Notes: generated by a model not told the origin, from the sequence alone. A stretch of DNA of 64,000 nt from Candidatus Methylomirabilota bacterium (GCA_036001225.1 DASYUM010000308.1:540-64539), one strand, 5' to 3'. Positions 8,584 through 18,376 are shown, counted from the stretch's first letter. Program-made: numbers and translations.

Positions 8584-9770
8584 GCGACCTGCGCCGGCTC
8601 TGGCCTCGCGGCTACGGCTTCGCCATCGCCGGCATCGCGGTGGGGATCGCCGGACTGGTCGCCCTCGGCGCTCTCGCCGAGCGGATCAGCCGCTTCATCG
8701 AGGGTGGCCATCGCTTCGTCCTCGGACAGATCTCGGTGGCCGGCGCCGGCATCGGCAGCGGCGCCGGCTTCACGGCCGGCGGCCTCCTCCCGCGTCGCAC
8801 GGTCGAGGCGATCGCCCGCGTGCCGGGCGTGCAGGTCGTCCAGCCCCAGGTCATGGTCCCGGTGGACCCGCGCAGCTCTCAGCTCTTCACGGTGAACCAG
8901 GAGCTGATCCTCGGCCTCGACCTGTCGGTCCCCATCCCCAACCGCAACTACCCCACGCTGCCCGTCGCCCGCGGGCGCTTCCTCGGCGCCGGCGATCGCG
9001 GCCGGGCGGTGGTCGGCGCCGACTTCGCCGCGGCGCGGGGATTGCGGATCGGGGACCGGGTCCGCCTCGGAGCCCGCGAGTTCGAGGTCGTCGGGATCCT
9101 CGAGCGCCTCCTCACCGCGCCCGATCGCTTCGCCTTCGTCCCGCTGGAGGACGCGCGCGACCTCTGGCTGGCCCTCGACCCTACCCTCCGGGTGCTGTTC
9201 GCGCCCGGCGGGCCGGTGGCGCGCGACGACCTCAACACCGGCGCCGCGGTGGGCTGGGCGCCCGGCGTGGATCCCGACGCGCTGGCCGCGCGGATCGCGC
9301 GCGAGGTGCCGGGGGTGAACGTGGTGCCTCCCGGCGAGGTGGCCCGCCAGCTCGCGTCCTCCACGACCTTCTTCACCTGGCTCATGGCCGGCGTGGGCGG
9401 GATCGGGCTCCTGATCGGCGGCCTCTCGCTCTCCAACACGGTCGCCGCCTCGACCTTCGAGCGGATTCGGGACTTCGGCATCAAGCAGGCTCTGGGCGCG
9501 ACCGATGTCCAGCTCTTCGGCGAGGTGCTCCGGGAGAGCCTGGTCGTGAGCCTCGCCGGCGGCGTGGTGGGGGCGCTCCTCGCTCTCGCCGCCGGGAGTG
9601 CGGTGGACGCCCGGGCCGCCCACGCCGGCCAGCAGCTCTTCTTCTTCTCCGGCCGCCTCTTCGGCTTCACGTTCGCGTTGGCTGCCGCCCTCGGCGCCAT
9701 CGCCGGCGCCTACGCCACCGCGCGCATCCTGCGGGTGCCGCCGGCGGAGGCCATCCGCCGGGGAGCTTAG
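8577..9770 (+). CDS. ABC transporter permease, FtsX/MacB/LolCE family
   Basis: 397 aa. One N-terminal TM helix, a large periplasmic domain, then 3 C-terminal TM helices (FtsX-like). GTG start overlaps the halogenase stop. Confidence 0.75.
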   Translation: MVSDLRRLWPRGYGFAIAGIAVGIAGLVALGALAERISRFIEGGHRFVLGQISVAGAGIGSGAGFTAGGLLPRRTVEAIARVPGVQVVQPQVMVPVDPRSSQLFTVNQELILGLDLSVPIPNRNYPTLPVARGRFLGAGDRGRAVVGADFAAARGLRIGDRVRLGAREFEVVGILERLLTAPDRFAFVPLEDARDLWLALDPTLRVLFAPGGPVARDDLNTGAAVGWAPGVDPDALAARIAREVPGVNVVPPGEVARQLASSTTFFTWLMAGVGGIGLLIGGLSLSNTVAASTFERIRDFGIKQALGATDVQLFGEVLRESLVVSLAGGVVGALLALAAGSAVDARAAHAGQQLFFFSGRLFGFTFALAAALGAIAGAYATARILRVPPAEAIRRGA

Positions 9771-9773
9771 ATC

Positions 9774-11270
9774 ATGGCGATGGACCACGACGTCCTGGTC
9801 GTCGGCGGAGGGAACGCCGCGCTCTGCGCCGCCCTGGCCGCCCGCGAGCGGGGGGCGCGCGTGCTCGTCCTGGAAAAGGCGCCCGAGGCCGAGCGGGGCG
9901 GGAACTCGCTCTTCACGGCCGGGGGCTTTCGCTTTCCCCACCGCGGCCTCGAGGATTTGCGGCGCGACGTGCTGGTCGATCTGACCCCGGCCGAGGCGGA
10001 CGCCGTCGAGGTGCCACCCTACCCGGAGGAGACGTTCTACGACGACCTCCTGCGGCTCACCGAGCACTGCGCGAATCCGGACCTGACCGATCTGTTGGTG
10101 CGGCGGGCCCGGCCGACCGTGGTGTGGATGCGCGGCCAGGGCGTGCGCTGGATTCTGATGCTCAACCGCCAGTCCTTCAAGGTGGGCGACCGCCACCACT
10201 TCTGGGGCGGCCTCCACGTCGAGGCGGTCGGCGGCGGCCAGGGCCTCGTCCAGTCGCTGTACGACCGGGCGGAGCGGCTCGGCGTGGCGGTGCTGTATGG
10301 CGTCGGGGCCCGGCGCCTTCTCCAGGACCGGCGGGGCGCCGTCACCGGCGTCGTCACCCGCGGGCCGGAGGGCTTCGAGGAGATCGCGGCCGGCGCGGTG
10401 GTCCTCGGCTGCGGGGGATTCGAGGCCAACCCCGAGTGGCGAGTCCGCTACCTCGGCCCCGACTGGGAGCTGGCGCGCGTGCGGGGAACGCGGCACAACA
10501 CCGGCGACGGGATCCGCATGGCGCTCGAGATCGGCGCCCAGCCCTACGGCCACTGGTCCTCCTGCCACGCCGTCCAGTGGGACGTCAACGCCCCCGAGTT
10601 CGGCGACCGCAAGGTCCTCGACCTCTTCCAGAAGCATTCCTACCCGCTGGGTCTCATCGTCAATGTCCGCGGCGAGCGGTTCGTGGACGAGGGCGCCGAC
10701 CTCCGAAACTACACCTACGCCAAGTACGGCCGCGAGATCCTGAAGCAACCGCTTCGCACCGCCTGGCAGCTCTTCGATCAGAAGGTCGTCCCCCTCCTCC
10801 GCGAGGAGTATCGGATTCGCGAAGTGACCAAGGTCGAGGCCGACACGCTGGAGGAGTTGGCGCGGAAGTGCGAGATCGACGCGGCCGGGCTCGGGCGGAC
10901 GGTTCACGCCTTCAACGCCGCCGTCCAGGACACGCCCGCCTTCAACCCGGCCGTCCTCGATGGCAAAGGCACCCGCGGGATCACGCCGCCCAAGTCCAAC
11001 TGGGCCCAGCGGCTCGACCGGCCGCCCTTCGTCGCCTTCGGCGTGACGTGCGGCATCACCTTCACCTTCGGCGGGCTCCGGGTCAACGGCGAGGCCGCCG
11101 TGCTCGACACCGAGGATCGCCCGATTCCCGGCCTCTACGCCGCCGGCGAGCTGGTGGGCGGGCTCTTCTACCACAACTACCCCGGCGGGGCGGGACTCAT
11201 GGCGGGGGCGACGTTCGGGAAGCTCGCCGGGGAGCAGGCGGCGGCATTCGTGGCGACCGCCAGTCGCTGA
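9774..11270 (+). CDS. FAD-binding flavoprotein of the TcuA / fumarate-reductase-flavoprotein-like family (putative C=C reductase or desaturase)
   Basis: VLVVGGGNAALCAAL dinucleotide motif. It has TcuA-like length and conserved blocks (GGFEANPEW, C-terminal GLYAAGE). Confidence 0.75.
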   Translation: MAMDHDVLVVGGGNAALCAALAARERGARVLVLEKAPEAERGGNSLFTAGGFRFPHRGLEDLRRDVLVDLTPAEADAVEVPPYPEETFYDDLLRLTEHCANPDLTDLLVRRARPTVVWMRGQGVRWILMLNRQSFKVGDRHHFWGGLHVEAVGGGQGLVQSLYDRAERLGVAVLYGVGARRLLQDRRGAVTGVVTRGPEGFEEIAAGAVVLGCGGFEANPEWRVRYLGPDWELARVRGTRHNTGDGIRMALEIGAQPYGHWSSCHAVQWDVNAPEFGDRKVLDLFQKHSYPLGLIVNVRGERFVDEGADLRNYTYAKYGREILKQPLRTAWQLFDQKVVPLLREEYRIREVTKVEADTLEELARKCEIDAAGLGRTVHAFNAAVQDTPAFNPAVLDGKGTRGITPPKSNWAQRLDRPPFVAFGVTCGITFTFGGLRVNGEAAVLDTEDRPIPGLYAAGELVGGLFYHNYPGGAGLMAGATFGKLAGEQAAAFVATASR

Positions 11271-11369
11271 GAGCCCGTGAAGGAATCGCCCCTTCCGTGT
11301 GAGCCGCGAGATACCCGGAGGGGGGGTCCGGGGGAGGAGCGCGCCGCTCCCCCCCGGCCCGACTGAGCG

Positions 11370-12041
11370 GTGCTGCGCGCCGTCGGGCTCCGCAAGACGT
11401 TTCGGGGTCCCGACGGCCGCGTCATCGAGGTGCTGCGGGGCTGCGACCTCACCCTGGCGCCCGGCGAGCACGTCGCGGTCGTCGGGCGCTCCGGCTCCGG
11501 CAAGTCCACGCTGCTCAATCTGCTCGGCTGTCTGGACCGCGCCGACGGCGGCGAGCTGTGGTTTGGCGACGCCGCCCTCACCGGCGCGGGCCGGCGAGCG
11601 CTGGCCCACTTCCGCGGCCATCAGCTCGGCTTCGTCTTCCAGGCCTTCAACCTGATCCCGTCGCTCACGGCCTGGGAGAACGTGCTCCTCGCCGCCCGCT
11701 ACGTCGGCCGGGACCGGACCCCGGCGACGCGGGCGGCGACCGCGCTCTTCGAGCGGCTGGGGATCGCCGAGCGCAAGGGCCACTACCCGCCGGCGCTCTC
11801 TGGCGGCGAGCAGCAGCGCGTGGCCTTTTGCCGGGCGGTGCTGAACGATCCCGCGGTGCTCCTCGCCGACGAGCCGACCGGCAACCTCGATGACGACAAC
11901 GCCCGCGTGATCCTGGACGAGCTGCGGTCGCGCGCGCGGACGGGTCGGGCGGCGGTCCTGCTGGTGACCCACAACGCCGACCTTGCCCGCGCCGCCGACC
12001 GGGTGCTCTACCTGGAGGACGGCCGGCTCGTCGCCGCCTGA
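11370..12041 (+). CDS. ABC transporter ATP-binding protein (LolD/MacB-type)
   Basis: Walker A GRSGSGKST, signature LSGGEQQRVA, Walker B LLADEPTGNLD, and an H-loop. Confidence 0.85.
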   Translation: MLRAVGLRKTFRGPDGRVIEVLRGCDLTLAPGEHVAVVGRSGSGKSTLLNLLGCLDRADGGELWFGDAALTGAGRRALAHFRGHQLGFVFQAFNLIPSLTAWENVLLAARYVGRDRTPATRAATALFERLGIAERKGHYPPALSGGEQQRVAFCRAVLNDPAVLLADEPTGNLDDDNARVILDELRSRARTGRAAVLLVTHNADLARAADRVLYLEDGRLVAA

Positions 12042-12061
12042 ACCGGCGCCGGACCGTCGGT

Positions 12062-12089
12062 CAGGAACTCGCCACCCGGCCGGTTCCTG
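12062..12089 (+). terminator. Stem-loop (caggaac-N14-gttcctg) just after the ABC ATPase stop; putative intrinsic terminator without U-tract
   Basis: A perfect 7-bp inverted repeat seen in the sequence. Confidence 0.3.
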
Positions 12090-12144
12090 GCCAGCGCGAC
12101 GGCCCGCCGCGTCGGTAAACCCTTGTCAGTTGCATGCTCCTGTT

Positions 12145-12160
12145 CTGGCATGCTGCGTGC
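12145..12160 (+). promoter_or_regulatory. Possible sigma54 (-24/-12) promoter upstream of the hybrid kinase gene
   Basis: CTGGCATGCTGCGTGCT has GG and GC elements at the canonical spacing (consensus YTGGCACGrNNNTTGCW). Confidence 0.25.
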
Positions 12161-12213
12161 TCTTTTCCCCGCCGTGCTCCAGACCCTGGACTCTGTTCGA
12201 CCGGCAGGATGTC

Positions 12214-14322
12214 ATGCGAAACCTTAAGGGGGCGCGCATCCTCGTCGTCGATGACGCCGACCGAGTGCGCGTGGTCATGGCGGAGATGCTCAGGGTCGCC
12301 GGGGCCGACGTGGCGGAGGCGGTCAGCGGCGAGGAGGCGCTCGGGCTGGCCGCCGGCTGGCGCCCCGACCTGGTCGTGCTCGATCTCGACTTGCCGGACC
12401 TGGACGGAGTCGAGGTCTGCCGCCGAATCAAGTCCGACCCCGCGACCGGGTCGACCCTCGTCCTCCTCCTCTCCGGCGTGTTTCTGGACGTGGCGGACCG
12501 GGTCCGGGGGCTCGAGGGCGGGGCCGACGGCTTTCTGACGAAGCCGGTCGAGCGGATGGAGCTGATGGCCACCGCCGCCGCCTTGCTCCGCTTGCACGAC
12601 AGCGAGCGCCGCCGGCGGGCGGCCGAGACCGTGGCCCGGGTGGCCCAGGCACTGACCGAGACCCTCGACGTGTCGGCGGTCGCCAACCGGATCGTGGAGA
12701 GCCTCCCGGCCCTGTTCGACCTCCGAACGGCAACCGTTCGCCTCTTGCAGCCGGACGGCTCGCTCCTCACCGTCGCGTCGGGCGGGCCGGCCTGCGAGCA
12801 TTACGAGGTCGGCCACGTCTGCCCGCCCGGAACCGGCGCCGCCGGCTGGGCGATCGCCGAGGGCGGGGCGGTCTGGGCCGCTGACCTGCTCGCCGAGCCT
12901 CGCATCCGGCTCACCGACGAGCAGCGGCAGCGGGCGGTGGCCTCGGCCAGCCGGGCCATCGTCGCGGTCCCCCTGCGGGTCAAGGGGCAGCTGCTCGGCG
13001 CCATCAGTCTGGCCGAAGAAACGAGCCGCACCTTCTCGGACGCCGATGTCGCGCTCCTGCAGACGTTTGCCGATCAGGCGGCGCTGGCGATCGAGAACGC
13101 GCGGCTCTACGAGGACGCCCGCCGAGCCTACCGGGAGCTGTCCGAGGCCCAACACCAGCTCCGGCAGTCGCAGAAGATGGAGGCGATCGGCCGGCTGGCC
13201 AGCGGGGTGGCGCACGACTTCAACAACCTGCTGACCGTCATCCGGGGCCGGAGCGAGCTCCTGCGGGCGCGGCTCGCCGCCGACGATCCCCTCTATCGCC
13301 ATGCCAGGCTGATCGAGACGACCGCCGAGCGGGCGGGGGCGCTCACCCACCAGCTGCTCGCCTTCAGCCGGAAACAGGTGCTCCAACCGAAGGTCCTCGA
13401 CCTCAACCAGGTTCTGGGCGGTATGGAGAAGATGCTGCGCCGGCTCATCGGCGAGGACATCGACCTGATCTTCGCGATGGATCCGGCCCTCGACCGGGTT
13501 CGGGCCGACCCCGCCCAGCTCGAGCAGGTGATCCTGAACCTGGTGGTGAACGCGCGGGACGCCATGCCCCACGGCGGCCGACTGGTCGTCGAGACGTCGA
13601 ACCTCCGGGTGGACGGTGAACCCGGCGGCGAGGCGCCGGGGTTGCAACCCGGCACCCACGTCATGCTGGCCGTCGGCGACAGTGGCGTCGGGATGGACGA
13701 GGAGACCCAGTCCCACGTGTTCGAGCCGTTCTTCACCACCAAGGAGCCGGGGACGGGGACCGGGCTCGGGCTCGCGACCGTCTACGGCATCGTGAAGCAG
13801 AGCGGGGGCGAGGTCGCCTTCGAAAGCGAGGTCGATCGGGGCACCACGTTCCGGATCTACCTGCCGGGGGTACAGGAACCGGCCGAGAGCGTCGCCGCCA
13901 GCCTGCCGCAGGTGAGCGCGCCGCGCGGCATCGAGACCATCCTCCTGGTGGAAGACGACGATGCGCTACGCGAGATGACCCGCGAGATGCTCGCCCTGTA
14001 CGGCTACCGCGTCATCGACGCGCGGCACCCCGGCGAAGCCTTGCTCGTCGCCGAGCGCCGCCCGGACCGGATCGACCTGCTGGTCACCGACATCGTCATG
14101 CCCCAGATGAACGGCTGTGAGCTGGCCGAGCGGCTCGTCGAGCTGCGCCCGAACCTGAGAGTCCTCTACATGTCCGGCTACGCCGACGAGACGGTCATCC
14201 GTCGGGCGGGCGTCAACGGGGCGCTCACCCTCCTCCAGAAGCCCTTCGCCGCCGGGACGCTGGCCCACAAGGTCCGCGAAGCCCTCGACGCCGCCCCCCG
14301 GCTGACCGGGGCGCGCCGCTAG
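12214..14322 (+). CDS. Hybrid sensor histidine kinase/response regulator (REC-GAF-HisKA-HATPase_c-REC)
   Basis: The N-terminal receiver has ILVVDD...[12 protein letters not shown]. It has a GAF-like middle, the H-box [10 protein letters not shown] boxes and a C-terminal receiver [11 protein letters not shown]...DIVMP. Confidence 0.8.
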   Translation: MRNLKGARILVVDDADRVRVVMAEMLRVAGADVAEAVSGEEALGLAAGWRPDLVVLDLDLPDLDGVEVCRRIKSDPATGSTLVLLLSGVFLDVADRVRGLEGGADGFLTKPVERMELMATAAALLRLHDSERRRRAAETVARVAQALTETLDVSAVANRIVESLPALFDLRTATVRLLQPDGSLLTVASGGPACEHYEVGHVCPPGTGAAGWAIAEGGAVWAADLLAEPRIRLTDEQRQRAVASASRAIVAVPLRVKGQLLGAISLAEETSRTFSDADVALLQTFADQAALAIENARLYEDARRAYRELSEAQHQLRQSQKMEAIGRLASGVAHDFNNLLTVIRGRSELLRARLAADDPLYRHARLIETTAERAGALTHQLLAFSRKQVLQPKVLDLNQVLGGMEKMLRRLIGEDIDLIFAMDPALDRVRADPAQLEQVILNLVVNARDAMPHGGRLVVETSNLRVDGEPGGEAPGLQPGTHVMLAVGDSGVGMDEETQSHVFEPFFTTKEPGTGTGLGLATVYGIVKQSGGEVAFESEVDRGTTFRIYLPGVQEPAESVAASLPQVSAPRGIETILLVEDDDALREMTREMLALYGYRVIDARHPGEALLVAERRPDRIDLLVTDIVMPQMNGCELAERLVELRPNLRVLYMSGYADETVIRRAGVNGALTLLQKPFAAGTLAHKVREALDAAPRLTGARR

Positions 14323-14329
14323 GTCCTCC

Positions 14330-14365
14330 GGAGGGGGTCTCGACGGCCCCCTCAAAGCGGAACAC
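14330..14365 (+). terminator. GC-rich hairpin GGAGGGGGTC-TCGAC-GGCCCCCTC followed by a GCGGAACAC motif; putative terminator of the kinase gene (repeat family member)
   Basis: Seen directly in the sequence, 8 nt after the TAG. The same element recurs at 20850, 48525 and 56463. Confidence 0.45.
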
Positions 14366-14569
14366 CAGACGCGCGGCGTGTGGCTTCACCGTGCGCGCGG
14401 TTAGTCCGACCAGAACGCTAGGAGCGCCCCCAGCGAACGGACCGGCGCCGTCCTGAAAATCTCGGCCCGGCCGCGTGTCGGGAAGTGGACGGGCGGCCGT
14501 TTCGGCTGGTCTTCCCGCAGCTCTCTCTGGTACCCTGCCAGGGTCTGTCCGGAGGGAGACGCAAGAGGG

Positions 14570-15823
14570 ATGGGCGGAGTCCAGGGGACGCTGGTGGTCG
14601 CCAACATGCCGGGCGCGCTGACCGTGGTGGCGGGTCTCCCGCTGGTCGCGCGCGCGGTGCTCGAGCTGCGCGCGGCGGGCTACGCCGCGGTCACCGTCTT
14701 CGCCGGTCCCCAGGCCCGGCGGGTGGCGGCGCTGCTCGAGCCACGCTGCCCGGACGTGGCCGGCCTCGGCTCGCCGGACGAGGCGGCCGCCCTCGGCTGG
14801 CCGGAGCTCGTCCTCGTGGTGGCGGGCGACGTCCTCTTCGACCCCGCCGCGCTGGCGCCGCTCCTCGCCGCCGCCACGCCGGGCGGGGTCCACTTCGGGC
14901 AGGTGCCCGGAGCGCCGGGACCCGAGGTGCCGGCCGCGGTGTGCCCGGGGTCGGCCATCCCGCGCCTGCTGGCCGAGGCGAGCCGTGGTGGCGGGCTTCG
15001 CGTCGAGGGCCTTCGCCGCGTCGGCGGCGCGGCCGCGGGCGGGGTCCCGCTCACCGACGGCCTCCTCGTGCCCGCCGACCGGGCCCCGGCGCGGCGCGTC
15101 CTCGAGACGGCGCTTCTCGATCATCTGGCCCGGCGGACCAGCGCCAAGGACAGCTTCCTCGCCGCGCTCGTCGACCGCCGCCTGTCCCGGCCGCTGACGC
15201 GTCTCCTCCTCGGCTCGCCGGTGACGCCGTCTCAGATCACGGTGGTCAGTATCGCGCTCGGGCTCGCCGGGGCGGTGGGCCTGGCGACCATCTCCTACGC
15301 GGGCCGCCTCGCCGGCGTCGGCGCGTTGATCGCGTCGATCGTCCTCGACTGCGTGGACGGCGAGCTGGCGCGGGCCCGCTTCCAGCAGAGTGCGGCCGGC
15401 GCCCGGCTCGACGTGCTCGGCGATTACGTGGTCCACCTCGCGGCGTTCCTCGGTCTCGCCATCGGCCTCGCCCGGCAGGGGCTGCCGCCGGGAGGCGTCT
15501 GGGCCGCGGCCGGCCTCGTCGCCGGCGTCGGGGCCGCCATGGCCACGATGCACGCGATCTTCGTCCGGCCGGCGCTCCGCGGGGGGGGCGACCTCCACTG
15601 GAGCGGCGAGCCAGCCGGGTTGCCCGACACGCCCCTGACCGCGATCGTCGAGAAGCTCGCCAGCCGCGACTACACGTATCTACTCCTCGTCCTGGCCCTG
15701 CTCGGACACCTCGAGTGGTTCCTCTACGCGGCGGCGGTCGGCTCGTGGGTCTTCGTCGCCGGCGTGCTGGGCTATCGAGGCTATCAGCGGCTGGCCCTGC
15801 GCCGACCGGTGGTCTCGCAGTGA
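14570..15823 (+). CDS. Bifunctional-type protein: N-terminal MobA-like nucleotidyltransferase-like domain fused to a CDP-alcohol phosphatidyltransferase (IPCT/DIPPS-like architecture)
   Basis: The C-terminal half carries the CDP-OH_P_transf motif D-C-V-D-G-E-L-A-R...G-A-R-L-D-V-L-G-D plus multiple TM helices. The N-terminal 180 aa resemble a degenerate NTP-transferase fold. Confidence 0.6.
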   Translation: MGGVQGTLVVANMPGALTVVAGLPLVARAVLELRAAGYAAVTVFAGPQARRVAALLEPRCPDVAGLGSPDEAAALGWPELVLVVAGDVLFDPAALAPLLAAATPGGVHFGQVPGAPGPEVPAAVCPGSAIPRLLAEASRGGGLRVEGLRRVGGAAAGGVPLTDGLLVPADRAPARRVLETALLDHLARRTSAKDSFLAALVDRRLSRPLTRLLLGSPVTPSQITVVSIALGLAGAVGLATISYAGRLAGVGALIASIVLDCVDGELARARFQQSAAGARLDVLGDYVVHLAAFLGLAIGLARQGLPPGGVWAAAGLVAGVGAAMATMHAIFVRPALRGGGDLHWSGEPAGLPDTPLTAIVEKLASRDYTYLLLVLALLGHLEWFLYAAAVGSWVFVAGVLGYRGYQRLALRRPVVSQ

Positions 15824-16833
15824 AGCGACTCCGCCGGCGCGCGGTGGAGCTGGGCTGCCTCGGCCTCGGGCTCGGGCTGCTGCTCGCGACCGTGTGGCAG
15901 ATCGGGCTGGCCGGCCTGGCCCGCGACCTCCGCCTCATCGGCTGGGGCCTGGCCGTGATCCTGCTCGTGGAGAGCCTCAACGTCCTGTTCAACACCTGGG
16001 GCTGGGGCCTGGCCTTCCCGGCCGGCGAGCGCACGGTCAGCTCGCGACGGCTCCTGGCCGCCCGCCTGGCCGGCGACGGCGTGAACTACCTGACGCCCTC
16101 GGCGACGGTCGGGGGCGAGCTGCTCCGCGTCCGGCTGCTGGGCGGCGCGGTGCCACTCGGACTCCGCTGGGCCTCGGTGAGCGTGGCCAAGCTGGGGCAG
16201 ACCGTCGCCCAGGCGCTCTTCATCCTGCTCGGGCTGGCGATCGTGCTGCCGCACCTGACCGACGTGACCCCGTGGGTGGCCTGGCTCGGCGGGGGCAGCG
16301 CAGCGCTGCTGGTCGCGCTCGGCTTCGCGCGGCTGCTGGAGCGCGGTGTGTGGGCGACGGCCGAGGCCGGCGCCCGGCGGCTCGGCCTCGCGGCGCGAAT
16401 GCCGGTCCGGTGGGCCGCGCCCGGCCGCGATCTCGACGCCGCGCTCGGCCGACTCGGCAACCCGCGGCTCTTCGGCTCGCTCGCCTGCTTCGTCGCCGGC
16501 TGGGCGGTGGGTGCGGCGGAGATCTACCTGATCCTGGCCTGGCTGGGGACGCCGGTGGCGTGGCAGACGGCGCTCGCGCTGGAGACCGGGTCGGTGCTCA
16601 TTGATGGTATCCTCTTCTTCGTGCCCGGGAAGATCGGCACCCAGGAGGGCGGGAAGGTCATGCTGTTCATCGCCTTCGGGTTGAATCCGGCGCGCGGTCT
16701 CACCGTCGGCGTCGTGCGGCGGATCCGCGAGCTGACCTACGCCGGGCTCGGCCTGGCCGCGCTCGGCGCGCTGGCCCTGCGCCCCGTGGCCTCGGTGGCG
16801 TCCCCCCTCGTCCCTCAATCGGAGTCTTCATGA
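15820..16833 (+). CDS. Integral membrane protein with a lysylphosphatidylglycerol-synthase-TM / flippase-like (UPF0104) domain
   Basis: GTG overlaps the upstream TGA (GTGA). About 8 TM helices. The pattern resembles LPG_synthase_TM (Arg/Gly-rich loops, FFVPGKIGTQEG). Confidence 0.5.
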   Translation: MKRLRRRAVELGCLGLGLGLLLATVWQIGLAGLARDLRLIGWGLAVILLVESLNVLFNTWGWGLAFPAGERTVSSRRLLAARLAGDGVNYLTPSATVGGELLRVRLLGGAVPLGLRWASVSVAKLGQTVAQALFILLGLAIVLPHLTDVTPWVAWLGGGSAALLVALGFARLLERGVWATAEAGARRLGLAARMPVRWAAPGRDLDAALGRLGNPRLFGSLACFVAGWAVGAAEIYLILAWLGTPVAWQTALALETGSVLIDGILFFVPGKIGTQEGGKVMLFIAFGLNPARGLTVGVVRRIRELTYAGLGLAALGALALRPVASVASPLVPQSESS

Positions 16834-18314
16834 CCCACGCCGCCGACCCGGCCCTGCGCACGCTGTTCCTCCATCCGCCCTCGTTCGAGGGGTTCGACGG
16901 CGGGGCTGGCGCCCGTTACCAGGCGCGCCGCGAGATCCGCTCCTTCTGGTACCCGACGTGGCTCGCGCAGCCGGCCGCGCTGGTGCCCGGCAGCCGGCTG
17001 GTGGACGCGCCGCCCGACGGGCTGACCCTGGATCAGGTCGCCCCGTTGGCCAAGGAGTACGACCTCGCCGTCCTCCACACGAGCACGCCCTCGTTCGGGA
17101 ACGACGCCCGGGTCGCCGAGCGGCTCAAGGCCGAGAATCCGCGCCTGGTCGTCGGCATGGTCGGCGCCCACGTGGGTGTCCTCCCCCAGCAATCGCTCAA
17201 GGCAGCGCCCGCGGTGGACTGGGTGAGCGTCGGCGAGTTCGACTACGCGTGCACCGAGGTCGCGGCCGGCCGCCCGCTCAAGGACGTCTGCGGGATCGCC
17301 TACCGGGACGGGGAGCGGATCCGGTTCACCCCGCCGCGGCCGCAGGTCGAGGACATGGACGCGCTGCCGTTCGTGGTGGACGTCTACCAGCGCGACCTCA
17401 CCATCGAGAACTACTTCATCGGCTACCTCCTCCACCCCTACGTTTCGCTCTACACCGGCCGGGGCTGCCGCTCGAAGTGCACCTTCTGCCTGTGGCCTCA
17501 GACCCTCGGCGGTCACCGCTATCGGGTCCGCAGTCCGGAGAGCGTCGAGGCCGAGATGGCGCGGGCCAAGGCCCACTTCCCGCAGGTGAAGGAGTTCTTC
17601 TTCGACGACGACACGTTTACCGACGACCTGCCTCGGGCGGAAGAGATCGCCCGCCGCCTGGGCCGGCTCGGACTGACCTGGTCGTGCAACGCCAAGGCCA
17701 ACGTGCCGCGCAAGACGCTGGAGGTCCTTCGCGACAACGGCCTCCGGCTCCTCCTGGTGGGCTACGAGTCGGGCAACCAGCAGATCCTGAACAACATCAA
17801 GAAGGGCATCCGGCTCGACATCGCCCGCCGCTTCACGCGAGACGCCAAGGAGTTGGGGATCACCATCCACGGCACGTTCATCCTCGGCCTCCCCGGTGAG
17901 ACGTCGGAGACCATCCGGGAGACGGTCCGCTATGCGTGCGAGATCGAGCCGGATACGATCCAGGTCTCGCTGGCGGCGCCGTATCCGGGGACCGAGCTGT
18001 ACCGTCAGGCCCAGGAGCAGGGGTGGCTGGCCATCCAGTCGGGTGAACTGGTGGACACCCACGGCGTGCAGGTCGCCGCCCTCAACTATCCCGGCCTCTC
18101 CCAGACCGAGATCTTTCACTCGGTCGAGGAGTTCTATCGCCGCTTCTACTTCCGCCCGCGGAAAATCGTCGCCATGGTCGGTGGCATGCTGCGCGATCCG
18201 GCCGTCATGCGCCGGCGACTGCGGGAAGGCGTCGAGTTCTTCCGCTTCATGCGCGAGCGCAAGAAGCCGACGGCGAAGGTCGAGCCGGCCGCCGGCGTCA
18301 GCACGCCGGCCTGA
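16830..18314 (+). CDS. B12-binding-domain radical SAM protein, HpnJ-like
   Basis: ATGA overlap with the upstream gene. N-terminal LFLHPPSFEGFDGGAGARYQARREIRSFWYPTWLAQPAAL is characteristic of HpnJ-family enzymes. The rSAM cluster is CRSKCTFC (CxxxCxxC). Length is 494 aa. Confidence 0.75.
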   Translation: MTHAADPALRTLFLHPPSFEGFDGGAGARYQARREIRSFWYPTWLAQPAALVPGSRLVDAPPDGLTLDQVAPLAKEYDLAVLHTSTPSFGNDARVAERLKAENPRLVVGMVGAHVGVLPQQSLKAAPAVDWVSVGEFDYACTEVAAGRPLKDVCGIAYRDGERIRFTPPRPQVEDMDALPFVVDVYQRDLTIENYFIGYLLHPYVSLYTGRGCRSKCTFCLWPQTLGGHRYRVRSPESVEAEMARAKAHFPQVKEFFFDDDTFTDDLPRAEEIARRLGRLGLTWSCNAKANVPRKTLEVLRDNGLRLLLVGYESGNQQILNNIKKGIRLDIARRFTRDAKELGITIHGTFILGLPGETSETIRETVRYACEIEPDTIQVSLAAPYPGTELYRQAQEQGWLAIQSGELVDTHGVQVAALNYPGLSQTEIFHSVEEFYRRFYFRPRKIVAMVGGMLRDPAVMRRRLREGVEFFRFMRERKKPTAKVEPAAGVSTPA

Positions 18315-18361
18315 CACCGGCCGCGCCACCCCGCCGGGCGGCTGGTCGAAAACGCGCCACC

Positions 18362-18376
18362 TGGCCAGCAACTTGC
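18362..18376 (+). promoter_or_regulatory. Candidate sigma54 promoter TGGCCA-N5-TTGC
   Basis: CTGGCCAGCAACTTGCG matches the -24 GG / -12 GC elements with correct spacing and an intact TTGC. It lies about 130 nt upstream of small ORF 18507 and about 420 nt upstream of the HAD gene. Confidence 0.4.

Noticed and set aside
11983-12213. Upstream extension of the histidine-kinase ORF (start at 11983).
   Set aside because: The extension overlaps the ABC ATPase 3' end and the terminator hairpin. The receiver domain begins at ATG 12214.
14485-15819. ORF-track 782-aa protein 14485-16833 as a single gene.
   Set aside because: The first 445 aa are Arg/Gly/Pro-rich and overlap the well-supported CDP-alcohol phosphatidyltransferase gene in another frame. 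Only the C-terminal 337 aa, from GTG 15820, look like a real membrane protein.
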